A stretch of 64,000 nucleotides of DNA. Origin: an uncultured virus (IMG/VR IMGVR_UViG_3300025623_000002) (lineage: Duplodnaviria; Heunggongvirae; Uroviricota; Caudoviricetes). Both the position numbers and the translations under genes were made by a program. The notes beneath the pieces were generated by a model. That model saw nothing but the letters and a program-made list of their open reading frames with translations, was not told the DNA's origin and searched no databases. Location: the IMG/VR virus record IMGVR_UViG_3300025623_000002. One strand, 5' to 3'. Shown in pieces: positions 40,001-51,600 of this stretch (position 1 is its first letter; each line of letters opens with the position of its first letter).

Positions 40001-43000
40001 CAGTACCAGCCGCAGTTGTAAGTGTTACATTAGAACCTGCAACAAAAGTTAGAGTATCTGCTGTAGTATCTGCTACTACATTGTCTTGTCCGCTTACTGA
40101 AATGGTCTTAAATGAATATTCATTGGTTTCACCACTAGCAGCAGATAAAGCATATCTTCCATCTAAATCAATAGTTTGATTTGTTGCACCATTTACAGAT
40201 GCAGTTAATATTCCTGTTCCTGTAGCAAATGTTAATCCATCAACATAAAAATTTTGATTTGCTTCGTGAGTTTGACCATCAACATATGCTTTAATAGATT
40301 GTTGAGATGCTAATTTAGTTGCACTATTAGAAGCCATGTTATCTTCATCAAGAATAGCACTTCCACTAATGCCTGTGTTTAATACAGGACTAGTTAGTGT
40401 TTTATTTGTTAATGTTTCTGCACCTGTTAATGTTACATCTCCTGTGCTTGCAGTTGCATTAGAAGCAACTGTTCCTAACTTAGTTTTCTCATCAGTAGTA
40501 TAAGAAGCAGTAACTAATTCCCAATCACCTGTTCCCGTAGCAGAAGCAGAATACACTTTGTTATCATCTGTATCTACCCAAATATCACCTACTGATAATG
40601 CAGTAGGAGGAGCAGATTGTCTGAATACTTGATTCTTTGTTGCTCCATCTTCAAATTCTAAAGGTATTGTTGCTGAGTTTCCGTTTGTTAAACTTAATGT
40701 TTTAGTATTGCCACTAACTGCCTTTGCTAATGTAACGTTTGAGTTTAATAATGTAGAAACAGCAGTAAGACCAGTACCACCTCTAGTGGCTGATAATGTT
40801 CCACTAGTTATTTTAGTTGCGGCTAAATTGGGTATGTCTGATGCAACTATTTCTCCTATTATTGTTGAAGCACTTTTATTTTCAACACTACCTATTCCTA
40901 AAGAAGATAAAGTAATGTTTGAGTTTAACATTGTAGAAATAGAATTTAATCCTGTTCCACCTTCCGAAGCAGGTAAAACATAATTACCCGATAAACCCCA
41001 TGTTGGTAAACGATAATATGTTCCACTACCATCAGTCCACTTCCATATATCAGTAGCACCTGTATCATCAAAAACAAATTGAGCATTTGGAGAGGTTCCT
41101 CTATCAATCTCTATACCTGAGGCACTAGAAGCGGCATCACCTGTCTGACCTTTATTTAGTAATATAATGTTATCTTCTATTTGTAAGTTAGTAGTATCAA
41201 TTGCAGTTGTAGTTCCACTAACAGTTAGATTACCTGCTACTGTTAAGTTATTAATTCCTGATATATTCTTACTAGCATCTAAAATAACTGCTTTACCTCC
41301 TAATGCTGTTCCGGCAGTTATACCATCTACTAGATTTAATTCAGCCGCAGTAGAAGTAATAGCAGTGCCGCCAATAGATAATTTACCTGTTGGAACATCA
41401 AAAGTAGCATTATCTTTTATTCTTGCTACTTCTGTTCCGTCATATTGTTGGAAAATTAATTCTCCACCATCTTGTTTAGTTTTGAAAATTGCTGTTGTGC
41501 CAGTGCCTGTTCCACCAACATCTATGTTTAAATATTCATCTGTGTTATTTTTAAATGTAACACCACTAATGCCACCTATATCAATATCTAAACTACCACT
41601 TTCTATCTTAGTTAATGTTAATGTATTAGGTATATCTGCATCTGCTAGACCATTTGCTAGTATATTTATTTCAGCCGCAGTTGCAGTAACCGCCGCAAGT
41701 TTTGTTAGGTCTGCGGCTGTAAGGTCGTCATTGTCTAAATAATTAATTTCCGAAGCAGTTGCAGTAATACTCAAATCACTCAAATTACTAACAGAACCAT
41801 CGCCTGTACCTGCACCAATAAGCGTGAGGATTTCTCCGGCAGTTACACCACTCGCAAGAGCAGGTGTTCCACTATTATTAATTATAGCAGGGTGAGCAGT
41901 ATTAGTAGCACCATCAGCATAATTACCTAAAGATTGTAAATTAGTTTTAGTTAAAGCAACAGGAGCAGCAACTCCAGCAGTAACATTACCTAATACTGTA
42001 CCCGCAGCAATATGAGCCATTTTATCTAATGTTACTGCATCATCAGCAATTATATCAGTAGTTACAGAATCATCTGCTAAAGAAATTGATGTTAAATAAC
42101 CTAAACCTGTAACAAAAGAATGTATTTGGTCTGCTGTTGCTAATCCGACTCCACCATCTGCTATTGTGGCTGTATCTAATACTGCACCTGTACCTAATCC
42201 TAATACAGTTTTAGCCGCAGTAGCATTTGCCGCAGTAATAAGTGTAATCATTGGTGTATTAATTGAGCCTATTACACCTTCATTATTTGCTGTTCTACCA
42301 AGTAATAAATTATTAGCACCTGATACCCCTATATTTTGCATCTTAGTAAAAACAACTGCATCATTTTGAATCATACCGGAAGTAACGGTATTTGAAGCAA
42401 TAGATGTTAAATAACCAGCAGAAGCATGGTTTCCCCAACCGTATGCTGTTTGCCAATTAGCACTATTATCAGTAACTATTGAATAAGAACCAGCACTAGC
42501 CCCACGCTTCATTAATCCTGTAGAAGTAAACTCTCCATCAACTAATACAGCAGTATCACCCGCTAATGCTGTTGAACTAGAAGTTCCCAACACTAGACTA
42601 CTTGTACCTGCACCAATATTAGAAAGAATAGAAGTTTTGTTCCCACTACTAATACTACTAGCAGCAACTAATGCAGCAGTTACATTTGCTGCATTAGCAG
42701 TTACTTTAGTAGTATTAGTATTAACAACACTAACTAGATTTTGAGTACCTGAAGCCCCATCCGGTACAGTAATAGTACCTGTAAATGTAGGAGCAGACAT
42801 TGTAGGACTTGTAAACATAGTTGATTTGCTTTCATTGGTTACATTTCCTAATCCTACATCAGAAGCAGTTGTACCTACATCTGAGTGAGTTACACCTGCT
42901 CTCATAGCGGCAGTAGTAATATCAGAAACATTCGTCAGTCCTACCATTGCTTTAGTAATTCCACTTACCGTTCCTGTAAAGGTAGGACTAGCGAGATTAG

Positions 43001-45233
43001 CCTTTAAATCTAAAGCAGTTTGTTGTGCAGTTGAAACGGGTTTAGCAGTATCAGCAGTATTATCAACATTAGATAAACCTACATCTGATTTACTAGCCGC
43101 AGTTAATGTAGCCGCTTGTATTGTTGCTTGACTTACATTAGTTACAAGATTCAACCCAACATCACTAGCACTAGCGGCAGTAAGAGTTGCTGCTTGAATA
43201 GTTGCTTGACTAACGTTAGTTACATTATTTAATCCTAATGTCGTAGTAGTTATTTTAGAATTATCAAATATAACATCTGCCGGAGTTCCTGCTGAATTTT
43301 GTATTAATACTGCCGTACCTCCATCATTTATTGCCAACTTACCTGCTGTATCTATTACCAATGTTAAATTATTAGCAAGAGATTTACCTGCAATAGTTCT
43401 AGATGTAGGAACTTTGGATGCTAAATCAGAAGTTAAACTTGTAATTTTACTTTGTGCTAAAGTAGGTATTCTAGCAACATCGAAAGAACCACTTGTTATT
43501 TTAGCAGTTGATAGAGAAGGTATTAATGATTCAGTTACCGCACCCATTAATTCTGTTAAACTTAATTTTTTAACTGCACCCGAATCACTATTATCACGGA
43601 AAATTAAACTATCATTTGCTATGTCTATACTAGATAAAGCAGTTAAACCACTAATAATATCAGTAGTTCCAATGTTAGTATTTGTATCTGTATTTATTGC
43701 TGAAATATCTAGAGTCTGATTTGTTCCCCCCGATACAGTAGCAGTTATTGTTCCTCCACTCAAAGATAAACCGGAAAGAAACTTATTTGTATCTGCGGTC
43801 ATATCATCTACAACAACATTAATTTTACCATTAGTATCATCGTAAGTAGCACCGACTCTTGTTTCTGTATTGCTAGTGAACATAGTCCCTACAATATCTT
43901 GTACTGCTTCTGTTGTTATTTGAGTATCAGTAGTATATCCTTGACCTGTTACGAAAGTATGTATTTGGTCTGCCGTAGCCAAACCTGTACCGCCATCAGC
44001 AATAGCAGCAGTACCTAATGTAGCACCCGCACCTAATCCTAAATTAGTAATAGTATTAGATTTTTGAGTGTTTGTTAAGTTCTGACTAGCAGTATCTATT
44101 CTAAGTCTATTTCCTAAAGCAGTTGAAGTTGTTGTAGCAAAGTTAGCATCATCTCCTAATGCTGCTGCAAGTTCATTTAGAGTGTTTAGAGCAGCAGGGG
44201 AAGAATCAACCAATCCTGAAACTTCACTATCTACATATGCTTTTATTGATTGTTGACTAGACGCAGAAGTTGCACTATCAGAAGCCATATTATCTTCGTC
44301 AAGTAAAGTCAATTGAGTGTTAGTATCAGTTGAGGCAATTGTAATATTACTTGCATCTGTATGTGTTAAGGTTACATTTGTACCCGCCACGAATTTAATA
44401 TCCTGAGTACCTGAACCTGCACCACTTTCTGTTAATCGTAATAATATATCATTCGTAGAATCTACAAAAGATGTAGCATATTCATTTTGAGTATTTGTAT
44501 CTGTATTAGCAATATAAGCCGGTATTCCAAATGTTCCATCATGTCTTAGGAAATGTCCTGCCGTTCCCACCGAAGGAACTAGACCACTGTTTCCACTGGA
44601 AATAGCAGAAGAATACGCTACATCAGCAGTTCTTGCTAAAGTTCCTGTTGAGGAAGGTAGTGTAATAGTAGCAGAACCATTTGTTAATGTTCCATCAGGA
44701 TTAATCCTCATAGTTTCTGCACCATTATTAATAGCAGAAAATGTTCTTGATGCTTGCGTATATGTTAAATATTGAATTTTACGATTTAATACAGTAGCAG
44801 CATCATCTTTATCGTATTGAATCATAGCAATAGGAATATCACCTGCTGTTATTTCAGCAACAGTAGAGGTAGTATTGTTTCCTTTTCCTGAAGATGTTCC
44901 ATGCCGCCAAACAATAGTATTGTTACTTGATTGTATTACTAATAATCCATACCAATCTACACTATTTGCTGTTCCGGTACTAGCAGTAGTAGGCACATTA
45001 GAAGTAGATGTAATTTCTTCAAACTTACCGTTTCTTAAAAATTTACCACTAGTAATAATGTAATTAGTGTGATTGCTTACAAGTGATTGAGTAATGTTAA
45101 ACCCACTTAGGATTCTATTTTCTCCCATAGAAGTATTGAGAGTTTTAATAATACCTGTATGTATTGCATCTGTACCATCAACTAATTGTGTTGTTGCTCC
45201 TAACCTGCTAATAAAACCTGTATTATTAACCAT
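34074..45233 (-). CDS. Giant tail fibre / adhesin (3719 aa)
   Basis: T/S/A/G-rich; repeated fibre modules (ASQQSIKAYVD, LNTLNELAAALGDD, GLATADQIHTFVTG); C-terminal GxxNxxIG repeats. Confidence 0.85.
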   Translation of the reverse strand: MVNNTGFISRLGATTQLVDGTDAIHTGIIKTLNTSMGENRILSGFNITQSLVSNHTNYIITSGKFLRNGKFEEITSTSNVPTTASTGTANSVDWYGLLVIQSSNNTIVWRHGTSSGKGNNTTSTVAEITAGDIPIAMIQYDKDDAATVLNRKIQYLTYTQASRTFSAINNGAETMRINPDGTLTNGSATITLPSSTGTLARTADVAYSSAISSGNSGLVPSVGTAGHFLRHDGTFGIPAYIANTDTNTQNEYATSFVDSTNDILLRLTESGAGSGTQDIKFVAGTNVTLTHTDASNITIASTDTNTQLTLLDEDNMASDSATSASSQQSIKAYVDSEVSGLVDSSPAALNTLNELAAALGDDANFATTTSTALGNRLRIDTASQNLTNTQKSNTITNLGLGAGATLGTAAIADGGTGLATADQIHTFVTGQGYTTDTQITTEAVQDIVGTMFTSNTETRVGATYDDTNGKINVVVDDMTADTNKFLSGLSLSGGTITATVSGGTNQTLDISAINTDTNTNIGTTDIISGLTALSSIDIANDSLIFRDNSDSGAVKKLSLTELMGAVTESLIPSLSTAKITSGSFDVARIPTLAQSKITSLTSDLASKVPTSRTIAGKSLANNLTLVIDTAGKLAINDGGTAVLIQNSAGTPADVIFDNSKITTTTLGLNNVTNVSQATIQAATLTAASASDVGLNLVTNVSQATIQAATLTAASKSDVGLSNVDNTADTAKPVSTAQQTALDLKANLASPTFTGTVSGITKAMVGLTNVSDITTAAMRAGVTHSDVGTTASDVGLGNVTNESKSTMFTSPTMSAPTFTGTITVPDGASGTQNLVSVVNTNTTKVTANAANVTAALVAASSISSGNKTSILSNIGAGTSSLVLGTSSSTALAGDTAVLVDGEFTSTGLMKRGASAGSYSIVTDNSANWQTAYGWGNHASAGYLTSIASNTVTSGMIQNDAVVFTKMQNIGVSGANNLLLGRTANNEGVIGSINTPMITLITAANATAAKTVLGLGTGAVLDTATIADGGVGLATADQIHSFVTGLGYLTSISLADDSVTTDIIADDAVTLDKMAHIAAGTVLGNVTAGVAAPVALTKTNLQSLGNYADGATNTAHPAIINNSGTPALASGVTAGEILTLIGAGTGDGSVSNLSDLSITATASEINYLDNDDLTAADLTKLAAVTATAAEINILANGLADADIPNTLTLTKIESGSLDIDIGGISGVTFKNNTDEYLNIDVGGTGTGTTAIFKTKQDGGELIFQQYDGTEVARIKDNATFDVPTGKLSIGGTAITSTAAELNLVDGITAGTALGGKAVILDASKNISGINNLTVAGNLTVSGTTTAIDTTNLQIEDNIILLNKGQTGDAASSASGIEIDRGTSPNAQFVFDDTGATDIWKWTDGSGTYYRLPTWGLSGNYVLPASEGGTGLNSISTMLNSNITLSSLGIGSVENKSASTIIGEIVASDIPNLAATKITSGTLSATRGGTGLTAVSTLLNSNVTLAKAVSGNTKTLSLTNGNSATIPLEFEDGATKNQVFRQSAPPTALSVGDIWVDTDDNKVYSASATGTGDWELVTASYTTDEKTKLGTVASNATASTGDVTLTGAETLTNKTLTSPVLNTGISGSAILDEDNMASNSATKLASQQSIKAYVDGQTHEANQNFYVDGLTFATGTGILTASVNGATNQTIDLDGRYALSAASGETNEYSFKTISVSGQDNVVADTTADTLTFVAGSNVTLTTAAGTDTITIASTDTNTDTNTWRTITAGGNTLGTLSENLDFVAGSNVTITESAGDVTIASTDTNTQLTASQINAMTINANTVNGLTVATAVPSGAVFTDTNTQLTLLDQDDMSSNSATSVASQQSVKAYVDAEVTGLIDSSPAALNTLNELAAALGDDASFSTTIATSIGTKLAKASNLSDLANAGTARTNLGLGTGAVLSTAAIANGGAGLATADQIHTFVTGLGYTTNTGTTTASNSQTFTNKGGNISQWTNNSGYITSYTNTQLSTEEVQDIVGGMLTGNTETNIAVTYQDGDGTIDFVSTDTNTQLTLIDSDTMSGASSSNVASAESVKAYVDAEVTAGASNYYLDGITKSSNTLTFSVNGTTNRTYEFGANAFTSTTIPTNNNQLTNGAGFITSYTDTNTWRGVTAGGNTLSASETLAFTAGSNVTITESAGAVTIASTDTNTTYSSSDFTHDDLTGFVANEHIDWTGASAGTIHSSNYTDTNTQLTLLDEDNMATNSATAAASQQSIKAYVDTEVATNASAITALTTGAPTLLNTLAELGDALGDDPNFATTTATTIGLKLAKASNLSDLASASTARSNLGLGTGAVLSTAAIADSGTGLATADQIHTFVTGFGYTTNTGTTTASNSQTFTNKGGNISQWTNDSGYITTDTNTWRGITAGGNTLSSSETLAFTAGSNVTITESAGAVTIASTDTNTTYSVGDGGLTQNNLTNALKTNYDTAYTHSQASHAPVGAEANVSGDSGNAAIYDASGTPTLKSGITQAEMQTAIGGVYTDTVYSHPSYATTNIDTANAEVIDTLTTNSTGHITAMTKRTMTLAQLGYTGDAAATDDQTAAEIATLFSWSTNPESGATADQTATEIKTLLEDGIDSVHYVDGSIDNEHLAGSIANAKLSNSAITVSDGTNTTATSLGGTITFAGTSDEVTVAESSGTITIGLPDDVTIAGNLTVSGDTVTVNTATLSVEDPLIYMANGQSGTPSVDIGLIGERGSSTNVGIIWDESADTWAAINTLDTGTTAGNVTIASYANMKAATFTGALTGDLTGDVTGDVTGDVTGNADTATKIASITNSDIVVTSGNQTIAGTKTFSSAIAGSITGSSASTTGNAATATKISSITNSNIVQLDTEQTLTLKTLTSPTLTTPALGTPSALVLTNATALPTTSLTGTITNAQLAGSISNTKLLSGIDADKLTTGTLPIARIASSAIVESKIASGAITTQKIGTDQITNAKMADNSIDSGQILADAVIEAKIADDAVTGAKVSGFAVANTQIGAGSLGVEISSSVTTIICASQAQADTFPSSGVIDIGSEKIKYTGKQLRNLTGLIRGHKGTTATGHNINTTFKTEHEKQITLGGSKTLEIKQFEGADATNATDLAGGLVPFAGTADISKFLRGDGAWVTLGGGSGTVTSVTAGTGMTQTGTSTVNPTLNVGGLTVSELAAGSLQISSESFADNDTSLMTSAAIQDKILSYGYNNYTHTTNANLTGDVTSVGNATTIATDAVDIAMLSATGTASSSTYLRGDNTWATVSSGGATAIDGLSDAVFNNTLGSLALGSGAMDDVSFNSSWSVGVGKEALADLEAGFSNIGIGYQAGKAISSGTYNVMIGAQTASMNAVTGSYNLGIGLQSLRRLSSGTNNIGIGSGTLESLTTGQRNIALGKSAMKDTTGNDNIAIGDLALYANTSGLRNIGIGTGAYNGADTESDNIAIGYDALGGAVAGGEKNIAIGNYALDVLTSGDQNVALGYNAGGGITEGHSNVAIGHDALTATLIYGENVAIGQNALRLLTGNSYANTAIGRMSSSVMTYGEKNTTIGFYSGSALANGAHSNILIGSYAGDNITTGDNNVVIGAADVASATGNDQLSISSGDGSPVWITGNSVGGINSQAVVVAVAGNTTLTLAQTGSYAYWTSGTLTLPASGTVGTQYTVINNTGASATVAVNATNCAMIAGFTSATNATTAIADHELASFVCVTANNWIQVG

Positions 45234-45598
45234 TATTTCAACTCCACTCTAATTGTAAAAGACACTGTATCAGATGCCGCGACTACGCCTGTGCTTGTGA
45301 AAGTTACTCTTGTTAACATTTCTCCTGAATCTGTAACTGTGCTATTTCCATTATTATGAAATATTCCTAATTCAGTTACACCCGATGTAGGTATTTGTGA
45401 ACCCAAGAAATCTACATTCCAAATTAAAGTTGAACCAACTCTAGATGGTGTTACATCAGAAGCATGAGTATAAACTACATGGTCTAAATTAGTTTGAGAA
45501 GGAGAAGTGCTATCCGAACCATCTCCAATCTTAATAACAGTATATTTAGTGAGTATATAACTCGCCATTATTTCTTCTTTACCCGCATTTACTATCAT
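45233..45598 (-). CDS. Small tail/baseplate protein
   Basis: IGDGSD...TELGIF...MLTRVTF pattern; lies between hub and fibre. Confidence 0.65.
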   Translation of the reverse strand: MIVNAGKEEIMASYILTKYTVIKIGDGSDSTSPSQTNLDHVVYTHASDVTPSRVGSTLIWNVDFLGSQIPTSGVTELGIFHNNGNSTVTDSGEMLTRVTFTSTGVVAASDTVSFTIRVELK

Positions 45599-45600
45599 AC

Positions 45601-48600
45601 TTATACATCCTTTTCGCTTTTGTAGGTTTTTAATGTTGTTGACCCTGAACCAAATCCTAACAGGGTTGTAAATCCTAATATATTATTAAAACCTAAATTA
45701 GAATTAGTAGTAGATATTTTGTATTCTATTGTATTATTTTTAATAGAAAATGAATCAAATACACTCTTTCCTACAACGCTTTGTACTGAATTTTTACCAA
45801 ATAAAGTAAATGTACTTCTAGTTTGAGTACTAGATAGTTCACCCAATCTTTCTGCAATAGTTTTGTTAAAAGTTCCAACTGTAATAGTTGCTACTCCACT
45901 TAGAATATTTTCAATTTCAAAAACTTGATAATCGTTAATTGGTATGTCGTGATTTGGGAAATCTAAAGTTAAAATATCTCCCGCTTCTAATAATTCTAAT
46001 CCTTCTTTTTGTATTTTTAATTTTATTTTTCTTACATCAGCATTGTGTATTTGTAATAATTGATGTGCCTTTATTTTAGCATCCGATAATGATTTGATTG
46101 ATGAATCTATATGTCTAATAGTTCTAGTTCTTCCCTTTGTAGGCATTTCTGCTTCTGCCTTAACCCCATCACCAATAACTATTACTTTATTTGCTTTATC
46201 AAATAGTGATTTATTACTTTCTACTTTCACTAAATTATGACCCGACTTATAATTTATAGAATATTTTCTAAGACCATGAACATCTTCAATGTTTTTTGCT
46301 ATAATTTCACCATTAGATATTTTATAATCTAATCCTCTTTTATTTGCTAAGAAATTTATTGCACTAAATGAATCTGTATCTTCAAATCTAACATTGGAAA
46401 CATGGGTTTTTCTTTGTCGTCTAATGAGTTCATCATACGCAGAAGGAACGAAAATTATACCATCAATTGTTATTGTAATGTTGCTTATAGAAGTTACTTT
46501 ACCAACCAAATATCCTTCTTGTGTATAAAGAACATCACCCACAATAACATCAATTGGTTTTTCAACACAAGTTATCACATTACCTGTAATTTTTGCAGAA
46601 CCGTCTGTATTCCTATCTACTAAATTAGTTGTATAATCTCTAAGACTTTGTTCATAGTTCACATCTAATTCTGCTTCTTTAGCAATGTTTTCTATTTCAT
46701 TTTCAACAATTCCACCAATACTAAATGTAGTTCCTAAATAACATTTAGTTGGTATTATGGATAGTTTTTTAGGAATAGTTACATCAATAGTTTCACCAAA
46801 AGAAACACAACCATCCCCGTTTAATTCACCATCATATTCAAACTTCAACGCTCTATTATTCGCATCTGAACTTCCGTCATCAAATGTAATCGTCAAAGAT
46901 TTAGTCTGTGAATTATTACCATCTGTAATATAACAATTAATTTCATCTCCGTTAGAAAATAAACTAGAAGATATATTTGCCAAATCTCTTCTTTCTAAAT
47001 ATGTGTTAGTTTCATCTATATTCAACAACATATACATTGAATATATTCCTTCTCCAAATTGGTTTTTAGAAGAAACATCTCCTGTTCTTAGATTCTTAGG
47101 AACAGTATTGTAATCTAATCCCGAATCTTGCATAACATTTACTTCAAAATAATCAGGAGTTTCTTCAAAAACTGTATCAGATAATCGCATTAATCTAAAA
47201 TATGTTCCATCAGTAGAATTGAGTATTGCTTTATCAAATGTTAAAGTGTGAACTTGACCCGAAACTGTATGAGATAATATTTTTCCAATATAATTTGGAG
47301 TACCTTTAGATACAACCCTTTGACTTCCCGAAAGTGTTTCAGATGTTGGAAAATGATTGGCGGAATTAATTGTTCTATTACTAACAATATAATATCCTGT
47401 AAGGTTAGGCACGAAGTTTAACCAATGATGAGTTGAACTAGTATTCATAGTAAACTGAACAGAAGTTATTGCACTACTAGCAGTAGTAATATTAAACTGA
47501 GGTTTCAAAAACATTTGTGCAGAATACATTTCTCCGTTAGTACCCGCAGAATCAGCATGAGAAGGTTCTGTTGTAGTACTAATTGTATATCCTTCTCTAC
47601 TATCAAAGGGATAGTGTCTAGTTTTAGTTCCTATAAAAACCATATTTTTACTTGAATTGACGTTATTGGTCGCTTTATTCTCGATAATATTACCTGTCGG
47701 CTGACCGTTTTCTAATCTAGCACCGAGTTCTGAATGTAAACTAGGAAACACATCTAATTCCAAAGGACTACTAGTAATGTCTAATGTAGTAGAACTACCA
47801 TCCTTAGAAGATTTCATATCTTTAAAAATAGCAGTACAATTATCATAAATATCTTTAGACGGCCAATTTATACCATAAGGGTTAACATCGTCTATACTAC
47901 TATGGTTTGGTGTATATGGCTTAGATAATGCAGACAATACTTTAGAAACGTGTTTTCTTTGAATGGTATTACTACTACTTGTAATTTTTTCCAAGTGAAA
48001 CGCAGAACTTGTTATTATATCGAAACTACCTAAAGTTTCCAAAGTACCTTCACTTATTAGCGGTAATAATATATTTGGTGGGTCATAAGTAGCGTTTCCG
48101 CTTTGTGTATTTCCTCCATAATCCGTATTTTCAGATAACAACGCATAATCAAAATAATTTGTTGTAAAATTAGGAGTTAACATATATATTCTAGTCATAT
48201 TCAATGGTTGTGAAATACGGTTATCATTAGTAACATGTTCTATTACTGTTAATAACTTATCCATTTTATTTTCTTTTTGTGTTAATAAATTATAACTTGT
48301 TAAATCACTAGCACTCAAAGGACTACTCGCACTATTATATTTAATATATCTAGGAATATCAATTTCATCTATTTCATCAATACCTTTTACAGATTCAGCA
48401 TCCACTGAATTAAAGTGCCAATCAAAAGTTGCTTCTACTAATCTAACAATGCCCCATCTTTTAATTTGATTAGTCGTTTTAGTTGCTGTTTGTATTTCTG
48501 ATAACTCATAATCATTATCATCTCGTATTGTTGATTGAGTTTTTCCTATATGATTGTGATTCACTTGTGTTCCTTTAGTTCCTTTATCTTCAAATAATAA

Positions 48601-51600
48601 ACCGTAATCACTTAATGAATTGTTTGAGAATGAAAGATTATTAAATCTCAATTTAGAACTAGGATATAAATCTCCCGTTGCATACAAGGAATATGGTCTT
48701 GCTCTCCAATCGTTAGTAACTAAATCTTTGATGTTAGTATCATCACTTAAATTAGAATCAAAAATAGTAGTATCTACATTTTTTGTTCCGTCTGCTCTAT
48801 TAAACCAATTTAAATCCGAAGCATTTGTAGTTCTAGAATCTCTAGTACCATTGGGTAATAACTTAACTCCTGTTGTATATCCTTTTATCTTATGTTTTCT
48901 ATTAGCGTTTTGATAAATCCTAGACCAAGAGTTTGTATAATTATCATATGGTATTAATGTATTATTAGAAAAAGATTGTAAATCTACAAACTTAAAAGTA
49001 TCTTCGGGTGCAAAATAGTGTTGAAATTGGGATTTAAACTTATGAATAAAACCACCTGTATGTAAATTACTATTTAATAAATAAAAACCTGCATGGTAAT
49101 TGGCTACACTATCACTATTAGTAGAAGATAAAAACCTAGTATCAGTAGAATTATTATCTTGAGTTCCTAAAACAACAGGAAAATTAGGTGCAATTGTTAC
49201 TATATTTTTAGAATCATTAACATCGTTAACATCCACAACATGAAACATTTCAGAAGAAACAATATTCTTTTGTGTATATTCTATATTAGTTTCTTTTTCT
49301 TTTCCTATTTTTAATAAATATGTACTGGAAGGCATATCTTCATCAACAATAGAATTATCTGATTTTATTCTTTTAACTATATTTGAAGGTTTTAATATAT
49401 CATAACCATAAGAACCATCAATTTCAAAAGAACCATTATTAGAAGTTAATTTTAAATCTAAATAAGTAAAGGTATTATAAGTAGAATTATATGTAAAGTT
49501 TAATCCTTCATTAAAAACCAATCCCTTTTCAGAAGTATTTGTGAAATCTGTAGGTCTTGTTGTTTCAGTTACATTAGTTGCTAACGCTTTAACACCCGAA
49601 ATAAATCTAGAAGAAGTATCTAAAGGATTGTAATAATATATGTTAGTATTGTTTGACGAAGAAACATACGCTTTATCCTTTAATATAATTGTAGTAGTTG
49701 TGTTAGGGTCAATTCCTGATTGTGTACTACTAGAGTATTCTCCTATTAATTCATAAGACGAATTAAAGAATAACATATATTTTTTAAAAGTAAATGCGCC
49801 ATCAATTGTTATACTAGTCGAAACATCTTTTGTAACTGCCCCATCAGAATTAACAGGTGAAGAAAAATTATCTATATGTGGATTTAATGTAGAATAAACT
49901 ATATCATCAGTAAAGTTTAGATTTTTATTTACAGTAGTTGTTAATAAATTAGCAATTTCATCTCTACCTGATATAGTATAAGTCATCATACCTGATTCAT
50001 TTTTAGACTCTATATCTTCAACATTACCATTGAATACTTCTTCATTTAGAGTATAACTACCATTATAATAATACATTCTTGATATTGGGGTTTTTTGATA
50101 ATATTGTTTAGTGGAATCTAATATAGTTAGATATTTATGTGTTCTATCACCATAGTTTACTCTCACATCATGCCCTGATTTATTGGTAATAGACAATCTA
50201 GCATTATATAATTTTGTATTTTTAACTTCTACTGTTCGATTCTCTAAAGTTAATCTATCACTTTGGTCATGTCTTACTTCTGTATCTGCTGCGAACTCCA
50301 CATTTAATTTATTATTAGAATATGGAACTACATAACAATCTACACTACTGAAACTATGAACAGTAGAACCACCAACAAATACACTACTGTTTACTGTCTT
50401 TCTAGCATCTATCGTAAATGTTTGAGTGGTTAATGTATAATTTCTTGTTGATACGGAAGCGATAATATAATGATACCCATCTATTTCTACAATAGTATTA
50501 TCTGCTAATATTGAAGCATAATCATATTCACCTGTTAAACCATTTATAGTAATTGTATTAGAACTAGAACTAACGGTATGTTCTATTTTTTTAAGTTTCA
50601 ATGTATCAGAATAAAGACCATTTCTAACTACCATTTTAGAATCTTCTTTAACTTTCAAATGTTGTGTACCACTATTATCTAAAGTAACTACCGTAGCCAT
50701 TTTACTCATTTTATTTTTTGGATTATTAACAATGGTATCTAATGTAGTAGGAATTTTATCATTCTTTAATTGTGCAGATTCAAAAGTTATATATTTTATA
50801 GCCCCATTTAAATTTTCACTATTAGTCCAAACATTACCCGAAAAAGAGTTTGCGTCTGTTAAACTTCTTTTCATTAATGGGAATGCTTTGTTCCAATATA
50901 AGGGGTCAAAATTACTATCATCTTCATCATCTATTAAAGTATTATCAACTAATATAGCATCTAAATTATTTCTTCCTAAATTCTGTATAGTATTATTGTA
51001 TTTGCTTTCTGTTTTGAATACTACATTTTGTATTGTTGTTCCTATTCTTAAATTAAAATTAACATTTGTTGCTGCGAGTGGAGTTGAGTGTCTATAAAAA
51101 TCTAAATAAAATCTATGATAAGATGTAACAGTGTATTTCAATTCTACATTTCCTAAATAATTAGTTCCATTAAAAATTGCCATTCCTTCTTGCAATTTAT
51201 CATAATCATCACTAGACACTATAAAATATTTTCCTGTACTGCCTACTTCATATTGTGTTATACTGCCATTAGGAACACCTGCGGTAACAAAATCAGTAGC
51301 CACAATAACATCGTCATCATCCCAAACTCTAGTAGAAGTTACCGTATATTTTTCATTGTAATCTAATTGGTCTTTTTCCTTTAACCTATCATTGTAAAAA
51401 TAAAAGGTAGGAGTATTTACATTACATATTTTATCGTATTTATCTGTTGTAGCAGAATTATCTCCCCTTAAACCATAAGATACCGCTACTAAATCTGTAT
51501 CTGTTTTTGCTGCTCCCTTGTATATTTCAAATGTAGTTCCTTTTGGTATATCACCATTATATTTAGGACTAAACTCTACACCATCACCAAATTCATCAAA

